This document shows, one piece after another, positions 43,601 through 61,600 of a DNA stretch of 64,000 bases. Source of the stretch: Eledone cirrhosa (taxonomy: Eukaryota); assembly GCA_964016885.1 (NCBI GenBank), contig OZ024743.1:2914001-2978000 (forward strand). Direction: 5' to 3'. The translations under genes and the position numbers were made by a program. The notes beneath the pieces are model-generated. The model ran no database searches and was not told the origin of the DNA. It saw only the letters and a program-made list of their open reading frames with translations. Each line of letters begins with the position of its first letter. Within the stretch, counting starts at the first letter, position 1.

Positions 43601-46600
43601 ACACCACCACAATACAACACCACCACAATACAACACCACCGCAATACACCACCACCACAATACACCACCGCCACAATACAACACCACCACAATACAACAC
43701 CACCGCAATACACCACCACCACAATACAACACCACCGCAATACAACACCACCGCAATACACCACCACCACAATACACCACCACCACAATACAACACCACC
43801 ACAGTACACCACCACCACAATACAACACCACCACAATACAACACCACCACAATACAACACCACCACAATACACCACCACCACAATACACCACCACCACAA
43901 TACAACACCACCACAATACACCACCACCACAATACAACACCACCACAATACACCACCACCACAATACACCACCACCACAATACAACACCACCGCAATACA
44001 ACACCACCACAATACACCACCACCACAATACACCACCACCACAATACAACACCTCCACAATACACCACCACCACAATACAACACCACCGCAATACAACAC
44101 CACCACAGTACACCACCACCACAATACACCACCACCACAATACAACACCACCACAGTACACCACCACCACAATACACCACCACCACAATGCACCACCACC
44201 ACAATACAACACCACCACAATACACCACCACCCCAATACACCACCACCACAATACAACATCACCACAGTACACCACCACCACAATACACCACCACCACAA
44301 TGCACCACCACCACAATACAACACCACCACAATACACCACCACCACAATACAACACCACCACAATACACCACCACCACAATACACCACCACCACAATACA
44401 ACACCACCGCAATACAACACCACCACAGTACACCACCACCACAATACAACACCACTACAATACACCACCACCACAATACAACACCACCACAATACACCAC
44501 CACCACAATACACCACCACCGCAATACAACACCACCACAGTACACCACCACCACAATACAACACCACCACAATACACCACCACCACAATACAACACCACC
44601 GCAATACAACACCACCACAGTACACCACCACCACCACAATACATCACCACCACAATACAACACCACCACAATACACCACCACCACAATACACCACCACCA
44701 CAGTACACCACCACCACAATACAACACCACTACAATACACCACCACCACAATACAACACCACCACAATACACCACCACCACAATACACCACCACCGCAAT
44801 ACAACACCACCACAGTACACCACCACCACAATACACCACCACCACAATACAACACCACCACAATACACCACCACCACAATACAACACCACCACAGTACAC
44901 CACCACCACAATACAACACCACCACAATACACCACCACCACAGTACACCACCATCACAATACACCACCACCACAATACACCACCACCACAATACACCACC
45001 ACCACAATACAACACCACCACAATACAACACCACCACAATACAACACCACCACAATACAACACCACCGCAATACAACACCACCACAGTACACCACCACCA
45101 CAATACACCACCACCACAATACACCACCACCACAATACAACACCACCACAATACAACACCACCGCAATACACCACCACCACAATACAACACCACCGCAAT
45201 ACAACACCACCACAGTACACCACCACCACAATACACCACCACCACAATACACCATCACCACAATACAACACCACCACAATACAACACCACCACAATACAC
45301 CACCACCACAATACAACACCACCACAATACAACACCACCACAATACACCACCACCACAATACAACACCACCACAATACAACACCACCACTACACCACCAC
45401 CACAATACAACACCACCACAGTACACCACCACCACAATACAACACCACCACTACACCACCACCACAATACTACACCACCACCACAATACAACACCACCAC
45501 AATACAACACCACCACAATACACCACCACCACAGTACACCACCACCACCACAATACAACACCACCACAGTACACCACCACCACCACAATACAACACCACC
45601 ACCACAATACACCACCACCACAATACACCACCACCACAATACAACACCACCACCACAATACAACACCACCACAGTACAACACCACCACAGTACACCACCA
45701 CCACAGTACACCACCACCACAATACAACACCACCACAGTACACCACCACCACAATACAACAACACCGCAATACAACACCACCACAATACAACACCACCAC
45801 AATACACCACCACCACAATACAACACCACCGCAATACAACACCACCACAGTACACCACCACCACAATACAACACCACCGCAATACAACACCACCACAATA
45901 CACCACCACCACAATACACCACCACCACAATACAACACCACCACAATACAACACCACCACAATACACCACCACCACAATACAACACCACCGCAATACAAC
46001 ACCACCACAGTACACCACCACCACAATACATCACCACCACAATACAACACCACCACAATACGCCACCACCACAGTACACCACCACCACAAAACACCACCA
46101 CCACGATACACCACCACCACAATACAACACAACCACAGTACACCACCACCACAATACAACACCACCACAATGCACCACCACCACAATACAACACCACCAC
46201 AATGCACCACCACCACAATACAACACCACCACAATACACCACCACCACAATACAACACCACCACAATACACCACCACCACAATACAACACCACCACAATA
46301 CACCACCACCACAATACAACACCACCGCAATACAACACCACCACAGTACACCACCACCACAATACAACACCAATACAATACACCACCACCACAATACACC
46401 ACCACCACAATACAACACCACCGCAATACAACACCACCACAGTACACCACCACCACAATACAACACCACCGCAATACAACACCACCACAATACACCACCA
46501 CCACAATACAACACCACCACAATACACCACCACCACAGTACACCACCACCACAATACATCACCACCACAATACAACACCACCACAATACACCACCACCAC

Positions 46601-49600
46601 AATACACCACCACCACAATACACCACCACCACAGTACACCACCATCACAATACACCACCACCACAATACACCACCACCACAATACACCACCACCACAATA
46701 CACCACCACCACAATACAACACCACCACAATACACCACCGCCACAATACAACACCACCACAATACAACACCACCGCAATACACCACCACCACAGTACACC
46801 ACCACCACAATACAACACCACCACAATACAACACCACCACAATACAACACCACCGCAATACAACACCACCACAGTACACCACCACCACAATACACCACCA
46901 CCACAATACAACACCACCACAATACACCACCACCACAATACAACACCACCGCAATACAACACCACCACAGTACACCACCACCACAATACACCACCACCAC
47001 AATACACCATCACCACAATACAACACCACCAAAATACACCACCACCACAATACAACACCACCACAATACACCACCACCACAATACAACACCACCACAATA
47101 CACCACCACCACAGTACACCACCACCACAATACAACACCACCACAATACACCACCACCACAGTACACCACCACCACAATACAACACCACCACAATACAAC
47201 ACCACCACTACACCACCACCACAATACAACACCACCACAGTACACCACCACCACAATACAACACCACCACAATACAACACCACCACAATACACCACCACC
47301 ACAGTACACCACCACCACCACAATACAACACCACCACAGTACACCACCACCACCACAATACAACACCACCACCACCACAATACACCACCACCACAATACA
47401 CCACCACCACAATACACCACCACCACAATACAACACCACCACCACAATACAACACCACCACAGTACAACACCACCACAGTACACCACCACCACAGTACAC
47501 CACCACCACAATACAACACCACCACAGTACACCACCACCACAATACAACACCACCACAATACAACACCACCGCAATACAACACCACCACAGTACACCACC
47601 ACCACAATACAACACCACCACAATACACCACCACCACAATACAACACCACCGCAATACAACACCACCACAGTACACCACCACCACAATACACCACCACCA
47701 CAATACAACACCACCACAATACACCACCACCACAGTACACCACCACCACAATACAACACCACCACAGTACACCACCACCACAATACACCACCACCACAAT
47801 ACACCACCACCACAATACAACACCACCACAGTACACCACCACCACAATACAACACCACCACAGTACACCACCACCACAATACAACACCACCACAATACAA
47901 CACCACCACAGTACACCACCACCACAATACACCACCACCACAATACAACACCACCACAATACAACACCACCACAGTACACCACCACCACAATACAACACC
48001 ACCACAGTACACCACCACCACCACAATACAACACCACCACAGTACACCACCACCACAATACACCACCACCACAATACAACACCACCACAATACAACACCA
48101 CCACAGTACACCACCACCACAATACAACACCACCATAGTACACCACCACCACAATACAACACCACCACAATACAACACCACCACAGTACACCACCACCAC
48201 AATACACCACCACCACAATACAACACCACCACAATACAACACCACCACAGTACACCACCACCACAATACACCACCACCACAATACAACACCACCACAATA
48301 CAACACCACCACAGTACACCACCACCACAATACACCACCACCACAGTACACCACCACCACAGTACAACACCACCACAATACACCACCACCACCACAATAC
48401 AACACCACCACAATACACCACCACCACAATACACCACCACCACAATACACCACCACCACAATACAACACCACCACAGTACACCACCACCACAATACACCA
48501 CCACCACAATACACCACCACCGCAATACAACACCACCACAGTACACCACCACCACAGTACACCACCACCACAATACACCACCACCACAATACACCACCAC
48601 AATACACCACCACCACAATACACCACCACCACAATACAACACCACCACAATACAACACCACCACAATACAACACCACCACAATACAACACCACCACAGTA
48701 CACCACCACCACAATACACCACCACCACAATACAACACCACCACAGTACACCACCACCACAATACACCACCACCACAATACACCACCACCGCAATACAAC
48801 ACCACCACAGTACACCACCACCACAGTACACCTCCACCACAATACACCACCACCACAATACAACACCACCACAGTACACCACCACCACAATACAACACCA
48901 CCACAATACAACACCACCACAGTACACCACCACCACAGTACACCACCACCACAATACACCACCACCACAATACAACACCACCACAATACAACACCACCAC
49001 AATACAACACCACCACAATACAACACCACCACAGTACACCACCACCACAATACAACACCACCACAATACAACACCACCACAGTACACCACCACCACAGTA
49101 CACCACCACCACAGTACACCACCACCACAATACAACACCACCACAATACAACACCACCACAATACAACACCACCACAATACAACACCACCACAATACAAC
49201 ACCACCACAGTACACCACCACCACAGTACACCACCACCACAATACAACACCACCACAATACAACACCACCACAATACACCACCACCACAATACACCACCA
49301 CCACAATACACCACCACCACAGTACAACACCACCACAGTACAACACCACCACAGTACACCACCACCACAGTACACCACCACCACAATATACCACCACCAC
49401 AATACAACACCACCACAGTACACCACCACCACAATACACCACCACCACAATACAACACCACCACAATACAACACCACCACAGTACACCACCACCACAATA
49501 CACCACCACCACAATACAACACCACCACAATACACCACCACCACAATACACCACCACCACAATACACCACCACCACAATACACCACCACCACAGTACAAC

Positions 49601-52600
49601 ACCACCACAGTACACCACCACCACAATACACCACCACCACAATATACCACCACCACAATACAACACCACCACAATACAACACCACAGTACACCACCACCA
49701 CAATACACCACCACCACAATGCACCACCACCACAATACAACACCACCACAATACACCACCACCACAATACAACACCACCACAATACACCACCACCACCAC
49801 AATACACCACCACCGCAATACAACACCACCACAGTACACCACCACCACAATACACCACCACCACAATACAACACCACCACAATACACCACCACCACAATA
49901 CAACACCACCGCAATACAACACCACCACAGTACACCACCACCACCACAATACATCACCACCACAATACAACACCACCACAATACACCACCACCACAATAC
50001 ACCACCACCACCACAGTACACCACCACCACAATACAACACCACTACAATACACCACCACCACAATACAACACCACCACAATACACCACCACCACAATACA
50101 CCACCACCACAATACACCACCACCACAGTACACACCACCACAGTACACCACCACCACAGTACACCACCACCACAATATACCACCACCACAATACAACACC
50201 ACCACAGTACACCACCACCACAATACAACACCACCACAATACACCACCACCACACTACAACACCACCACAGTACACCACCACCACAATACACCACCACCA
50301 CAATACAACACCACCACAATACACCACCACCACAATACACCACCACCACAATACACCACCACCACAATACACCACCACCACAGTACAACACCACCACAGT
50401 ACACCACCACCACAATACACCACCACCACAATATACCACCACCACAATACAACACCACCACAATACAACACCACAGTACACCACCACCACAATACACCAC
50501 CACCACAATGCACCACCACCACAATACAACACCACCACAATACACCACCACCACAATACAACACCACCACAATACACCACCACCACCACAATACACCACC
50601 ACCGCAATACAACACCACCACAGTACACCACCACCACAATACACCACCACCACAATACAACACCACCACAATACACCACCACCACAATACAACACCACCG
50701 CAATACAACACCACCACAGTACACCACCACCACCACAATACATCACCACCACAATACAACACCACCACAATACACCACCACCACAATACACCACCACCAC
50801 AGTACACCACCACCACAATACAACACCACTACAATACACCACCACCACAATACAACACCACCACAATACACCACCACCACAATACAACACCACCACAGTA
50901 CACCACCACCACAATACAACACCACCACAATACACCACCACCACAATACAACACCACCGCAATACAACACCACCACAGTACACCACCACCACAATACAAC
51001 ACCACCACAATACACCACCACCACAATACACCACCACCACAGTACACCAGCATCACAATACACCACCACCACAATACACCACCACCACAATACACCACCA
51101 CCACAATACACCACCACCACAATACAACACCACCACAATACAACACCACCACAATACAACACCACCGCAATACAACACCACCACAGTACACCACCACCAC
51201 AATACACCACCACCACAATACACCACCACCACCACAATACAACACCACCACAATACACCACCACCACAGTACACCACCACCACAATACAACACCACCACA
51301 ATACAACACCACCACAATACAACACCACCACAATACACCACCACCACAATACAACACCACCGCAATACAACACCACCACAGTACACCACCACCACAATAC
51401 ATCACCACCACAATACACCACCACCACAGTACACCACCATCACAATACACCACCATCACAATACACCACCACCACAATACACCACCACCACAATACACCA
51501 CCACCACAATACAACACCACCACAATACAACACCACCGCAATACAACACCACCACAGTACACCACCACCACAATACACCACCACCACAGTACACCACCAC
51601 CACAATACAACACCACCGCAATACAACACCACCACCACAATACACCACCACCACAATACACCACCACCACAATACACCACCACCACAATACACCACTACC
51701 ATAATACAACACCACCACAATACACCACAATACACCACCACCACAATACACCACCAACACAATACACCACCACCACAATACAACACCACCACAATACACC
51801 ACCACCACAATACAACACCACCGCAATACAACACCACCACAGTACACCACCACCACAATACACCACCACCACAATACACCACCACCACAATACAACACCA
51901 CCACAATACAACACCACCACAATACACCACCACCACAATACAACACCACCACAATACACCACCACCACAATACAACACCACCACAATACAACACCACCAC
52001 AGTACACCACCACCACCACAATACACCACCACCACAATACACCACCACCACAATACAACACCACCGCAATACAACACCACCACAATACAACAACACCACC
52101 ACAATACACCACCACCACAATACAACACCACCGCAATACAACACCACCACAGTACACCACCACCACAATACACCACCACCACAATACAACACCACCACAA
52201 TACACCACCACCACAATACAACACCACCGCAATACAACACCACCACAATACACCACCACCACAATACAACACCACCGCAATACAACACCACCACAGTACA
52301 CCACCACCACAATACACCACCACCACAATACAACACCACCGCAATACAACACCACCACAATACACCACCACCACAATACACCACCACCACAATACAACAC
52401 CACCACAATACACCACCACCACAATACAACACCACCACAATACACCACCACCACAATACAACACCACCGCAATACAACACCACCACAGTACACCACCACC
52501 ACAATACATCACCACCACAATACAACACCACCACAATACACCACCACCACAGTACACCACCATCACAATACACCACCACCACAATACACCACCACCACAA

Positions 52601-55600
52601 AACACCACCACCACAATACACCACCACCACAATACACCACCACCACAATACAACACCACCACAATACAACACCACCACAATACAACACCACCGCAATACA
52701 CCACCACCACAATACACCACCGCCACAATACAACACCACCACAATACAACACCACCACAATACAACACCACCACAATACAACACCACCACAATACACCAC
52801 CACCACAATACAACACCACCGCAATACACCACCACCACAATACAACACCACCGCAATACAACACCACCACAATACACCACCACCACAATACACCACCACC
52901 ACAATACAACACCACCACAGTACACCACCACCACAATACAACACCACCACAATACAACACCACCACAATACAACACCACCACAATACACCACCACCACAA
53001 TACACCACCACCACAATGCACCACCACCACAATACAACACCACCACAATACACCACCACCACAATACAACACCACCACAATACACCACCACCACAATACA
53101 CCACCACCACAATACAACACCACCGCAATACAACACCACCACAATACACCACCACCACAATACAACACCACCACAATACACCACCACCACAATACAACAC
53201 CTCCACAATACACCACCACCACAATACAACACCACCGCAATACAACACCACCACAGTACACCACCACCACAATACACCACCACCACAATACAACACCACC
53301 ACAGTACACCACCACCACAATACACCACCACCACAATACAACACCACCACAATACACCACCACCACAATACAACACCACCACAGTACACCACCACCACAA
53401 TACACCACCACCACAATGCACCACCACCACAATACAACACCACCACAATACACCACCACCACAATACAACACCACCACAATACACCACCACCACAATACA
53501 CCACCACCACAATACAACACCACCGCAATACAACACCACCACAGTACACCACCACCACAATACAACACCACTACAATACACCACCACCACAATACAACAC
53601 CACCACAATACACCACCACCACAATACACCACCACCGCAATACAACACCACCACAGTACACCACCACCACAATACACCACCACCACAATACAACACCACC
53701 ACAATACACCACCACCACAATACAACACCACCGCAATACAACACCACCACAGTACACCACCACCACCACAATACATCACCACCACAGTACAACACCACCA
53801 CAATACACCACCACCACAATACACCACCACCACAGTACACCACCACCACAATACAACACCACTACAATACACCACCACCACAATACAACACCACCACAAT
53901 ACACCACCACCACAATACACCACCACCGCAATACAACACCACCACAGTACACCACCACCACAATACACCACCACCACAATACAACACCACCACAATACAC
54001 CACCACAACAATACAACACCACCACAGTACACCACCACCACAATACAACACCACCACCACAATACACCACCACCACAGTACACCACCATCACAATACACC
54101 ACCACCACAATACACCACCACCACAATACACCACCACCACAATACAACACCACCACAATACAACACCACCACAATACAACACCACCACAATACAACACCA
54201 CCGCAATACAACACCACCACAGTACACCACCACCACAATACACCACCACCACAATACACCACCACCACAATACAACACCACCACAATACACCACCACCAC
54301 AATACAACACCACCGCAATACAACACCACCACAGTACACCACCACCACAATACACCACCACCACAATACACCATCACCACAATACAACACCACCACAATA
54401 CACCACCACCACAATACAACACCACCACAATACAACACCACCACAATACACCACCACCACAATACAACACCACCACAATACAACACCACCACTACACCAC
54501 CACCACAATACAACACCACCACAGTACACCACCACCACAATACAACACCACCACTACACCACCACCACAATACAACACCACCACAGTACACCACCACCAC
54601 AATACAACACCACCACAATACAACACCACCACAATACACCACCACCACAATACAACACCACCGCAATACAACACCACCACAGTACACCACCACCACAATA
54701 CACCACCACCACAATACACCATCACCACAATACAACACCACCACAATACAACACCACCACAATACACCACCACCACAATACAACACCACCACAATACAAC
54801 ACCACCACAATACACCACCACCACAATACAACACCACCACAATACAACACCACCACTACACCACCACCACAATACAACACCACCACAATACAACACCACC
54901 ACAATACACCACCACCACAGTACACCACCACCACCACAATACAACACCACCACAGTACACCACCACCACCACAATACAACACCACCACCACAATACACCA
55001 CCACCACAATACACCACCACCACAATACAACACCACCACCACAATACAACACCACCACAGTACAACACCACCACAGTACACCACCACCACAGTACACCAC
55101 CACCACAATACAACACCACCACAGTACACCACCACCACAATACAACAACACCGCAATACAACACCACCACAATACAACACCACCACAATACACCACCACC
55201 ACAATACAACACCACCGCAATACAACACCACCACAGTACACCACCACCACAGTACACCACCACCACAATACAACACCACCGCAATACAACACCACCACAA
55301 TACACCACCACCACAATACACCACCACCACAATACAACACCACCACAATACAACACCACCACAATACACCACCACCACAATACAACACCACCGCAATACA
55401 ACACCACCACAGTACACCACCACCACAATACATCACCACCACAATACAACACCACCACAATACGCCACCACCACAGTACACCACCACCACAAAACACCAC
55501 CACCACAATACACCACCACCACAATACAACACAACCACAGTACACCACCACCACAATACAACACCACCACAATGCACCACCACCACAATACAACACCACC

Positions 55601-58600
55601 ACAATGCACCACCACCACAATACAACACCACCACAATACACCACCACCACAATACAACACCACCACAATACACCACCACCACAATACAACACCACCACAA
55701 TACACCACCACCACAATACAACACCACCGCAATACAACACCACCACAGTACACCACCACCACAATACAACACCAATACAATACACCACCACCACAATACA
55801 CCACCACCACAATACAACACCACCGCAATACACCACCACCACAGTACACCACCACCACAATACAACACCACCACAATACAACACCACCACAATACAACAC
55901 CACCGCAATACAACACCACCACAGTACACCACCACCACAATACAACACCACCACAATACACCACCACCACAATACAACACCACCGCAATACAACACCACC
56001 ACAGTACACCACCACCACAATACACCACCACCACAATACACCATCACCACAATACAACACCACCAAAATACACCACCACCACAATACAACACCACCACAA
56101 TACACCACCACCACAATACAACACCACCACAATACACCACCACCACAGTACACCACCACCACAATACAACACCACCACAATACACCACCACCACAGTACA
56201 CCACCACCACAATACAACACCACCACAATACAACACCACCACTACACCACCACCACAATACAACACCACCACAGTACACCACCACCACAATACAACACCA
56301 CCACAATACAACACCACCACAATACACCACCACCACAGTACACCACCACCACCACAATACAACACCACCACAGTACACCACCACCACCACAATACAACAC
56401 CACCACCACCACAATACACCACCACCACAATACACCACCACCACAATACACCACCACCACAATACAACACCACCACCACAATACAACACCACCACAGTAC
56501 AACACCACCACAGTACACCACCACCACAGTACACCACCACCACAATACAACACCACCACAGTACACCACCACCACAATACAACACCACCACAATACAACA
56601 CCACCGCAATACAACACCACCACAGTACACCACCACCACAATACAACACCACCACAATACACCACCACCACAATACAACACCACCGCAATACAACACCAC
56701 CACAGTACACCACCACCACAATACACCACCACCACAATACACCACCACCACAATACAACACCACCACAGTACACCACCACCACAGTACACCACCACCACA
56801 ATACAACACCACCACAGTACACCACCACCACAATACACCACCACCACAATACACCACCACCACAATACAACACCACCACAGTACACCACCACCACAATAC
56901 AACACCACCACAGTACACCACCACCACAATACAACACCACCACAATACAACACCACCACAGTACACCACCACCACAATACACCACCACCACAATACAACA
57001 CCACCACAATACAACACCACCACAGTACACCACCACCACAATACAACACCACCACAGTACACCACCACCACAATACAACACCACCACAGTACACCACCAC
57101 CACAATACACCACCACCACAATACAACACCAGCACAATACAACACCACCACAGTACACCACCACCACAATACAACACCACCATAGTACACCACCACCACA
57201 ATACAACACCACCACAATACAACACCACCACAGTACACCACCACCACAATACACCACCACCACAATACAACACCACCACAATACAACACCACCACAGTAC
57301 ACCACCACCACAATACACCACCACCACAATACAACACCACCACAATACAACACCACCACAGTACACCACCACCACAATACACCACCACCACAGTACACCA
57401 CCACCACAGTACAACACCACCACAATACACCACCACCACCACAATACAACACCACCACAATACACCACCACCACAATACAACACCACCACAGTACACCAC
57501 CACCACAATACACCACCACCACAATACACCACCACCGCAATACAACACCACCACAGTACACCACCACCACAGTACACCACCACCACAATACACCACCACC
57601 ACAATACAACACCACCACAATACACCACCACCACAATACACCACCACAATACACCACCACCACAATACACCACCACCACAATACACCACCACCACAATAC
57701 AACACCACCACAATACAACACCACCACAATACAACACCACCACAATACAACACCACCACAGTACACCACCACCACAATACACCACCACCACAATACACCA
57801 CCACCACAATACAACACCACCACAGTACACCACCACCACAATACACCACCACCACAATACACCACCACCGCAATACAACACCACCACAGTACACCACCAC
57901 CACAGTACACCTCCACCACAATACACCACCACCACAATACAACACCACCACAGTACACCACCACCACAATACAACACCACCACAATACAACACCACCACA
58001 GTACACCACCACCACAGTACACCACCACCACAGTACACCACCACCACAATACACCACCACCACAATACAACACCACCACAATACAACACCACCACAATAC
58101 AACACCACCACAATACAACACCACCACAGTACACCACCACCACAATACAACACCACCACAATACAACACCACCACAGTACACCACCACCACAGTACACCA
58201 CCACCACAGTACACCACCACCACAATACAACACCACCACAATACAACACCACCACAATACAACACCACCACAATACAACACCACCACAATACAACACCAC
58301 CACAGTACACCACCACCACAATACAACACCACCACAATACAACACCACCACAATACACCACCACCACAATACACCACCACCACAATACACCACCACCACA
58401 GTACAACACCACCACAGTACACCACCACCACAGTACACCACCACCACAATATACCACCACCACAATACAACACCACCACAGTACACCACCACCACAATAC
58501 AACACCACCACAATACACCACCACCACACTACAACACCACCACAGTACACCACCACCACAGTACACCACCACCACAATACACCACCACCACAATACAACA

Positions 58601-61600
58601 CCACCACAATACACCACCACCACAATACACCACCACCACAATACACCACCACCACAATACACCACCACCACAGTACAACACCACCACAGTACACCACCAC
58701 CACAATATACCACCACCACAATACAACACCACCACAATACAACACCACAGTACACCACCACCACAGTACACCACCACCACAATACACCACCACCACAATA
58801 CACCACCACCACAATACAACACTGCCACCACAATACACCACCACCGCAATACAACACCACCACAATACACCACCACCACAATACACCACCACCACAATAC
58901 AACACCGCCACCACAATACACCACCACCGCAATACAACACCACCACAATACAACACCACCACAGTACACCACCACCACAGTACACCACCACCACAATACA
59001 ACACCACCACAATACAACACCACCACAATACACCACCACCACAATACACCACCACCACAATACACCACCACCACAGTACAACACCAACACAGTACACCAC
59101 CACCACAGTACACCACCACCACAATATACCACCACCACAGTACACCACCACCACAGTACACCACCACCACAATACAACACCACCACAATACAACACCACC
59201 ACCGCAATACAACATCACCACAGTACACCACCACCACAATACAACACCACCACAATACAACACCACCACAGTACACCACCACAATATACCACCACCACAG
59301 TACACCACCACCACAATACAACACCACCACAGTACACCACCACCACAATACACCACCACCACAATACAACACCACCACAATACACCACCACCACAATACA
59401 CCACCACCACAGTACACCACCACCACAATATACCACCACCACAATACAACACCACCACAATACAACACCACCACAGTACACCACCACCACCGCAATACAA
59501 CATCACCACAGTACACCACCACCACAATACAACACCACCACAGTACACCGCCACCACAATACAACACCACCACAATACACCACCACCACAATACACCACC
59601 ACCATAATACAACACCACCACAATACAACACCACCACAGTACACCACCACCACAATACACCACCACCACAATATACCACCACCACAGTACACCACCACCA
59701 CAATATACAACCACCACAATACAACACCACCACAATACACCACCACCACAATATACCAACACCACAATACACCACCACCACAGTACACCACCACCACAAT
59801 ACACCACCACCACAATACAACACCACCACAATACAACACCACCACAATACAACACCACCACAGTACACCACCACCACCACAATACACCACCACAGTACAA
59901 CACCACCACAGTACACCACCACCACAATACACCACCACCACAATACACCACCACCACAATACACCACCACCACAGTACACCACCACCACAATATACCACC
60001 ACCACAATACACCACCACCACAGTACACCACCACCACAATACACCACTACCACAATACAACACCACCACAATACAACACCACCACAGTACACCACCACCA
60101 CCACAATACACCACCACAGTACAACACCACCACAGTACACCACCACCACAATACACCACCACCACAATACACCACCACCACAATACAACACCACCACAGT
60201 ACACCACCACCACAATACACCACCACCACCACAATACAACACCACCACAATACAACACCACCACAATACAACACCACCACAATACAACACCACCACAGTA
60301 CAACACCACCACAATACAACACCACCACAATACAACACCACCACAATACAACACCACCACAATACAACACCACCACAATACAACACCACCACAGTACACC
60401 ACCACCACAATACACCACCACCACAATACAACACCACCACAATACACCACCACCACAATACAACACCACCACAATACACCACCACCACAGTACACCACCA
60501 CCACAATACACCACCACCACAATACAACACCACCACAATACACCACCACCACAATACAACACCACCACAGTACACCACCACCACAGTACACCACCACCAC
60601 AATACAACACCACCACAATACAACACCACCACAATACAACACCACCACAATACAACACCACCACAGTACAACACCACCACAATACACCACCACCACCACA
60701 GTACACCACCACCACAATACACCACCACCACAATACAACACCACCACAGTACACCGCCACCACAATACACCACCACCGTAATACAACACCACCACAATAC
60801 AACACCACCACAGTACACCACCACCACAATACAACACCACCACAGTACACCACCACCACAATACAACACCACCACAATACACCACCACCACAATACAACA
60901 CCACCACAGTACACCACCACCACAATACAACACCACCACAATACAACACCACCACAGTACACCACCACCACAATACAACACCACCACAGTACACCACCAC
61001 CACAATACAACACCACCACAGTACACCACCACCACAATACAACACCACCACAATACAACACCACCACAGTACACCACCACCACAATACAACACCACCACA
61101 GTACACCACCACCACAATACAACACCACCACATACAACACCACCACAGTACACCACCACCACAATACAACACCACCACAGTACACCACCACCACAATACA
61201 ACACCACCACAATACAACACCACCACAGTACACCACCACCACAATACAACACCACCACAGTACACCGCCACCACAATACACCACCACCACAATACAACAC
61301 CACCACAATACAATACCACCACAATACAACACCACCACAGTACACCACCACCACAATACACCACCACCACAATACAACACCACCACAGTACACCACCACC
61401 ACAATACACCACCACCACAATACAACACCACCACAATACACCACCACCACAGTACACCACCACCACAGTACAACACCACCACAATACAACACCACCACAA
61501 TACACCACCACCACAGTACACCACCACCACAGTACAACACCACCACAATACAACACCACCACAATACACCACCACCACAATACAACACCACCACAGTACA

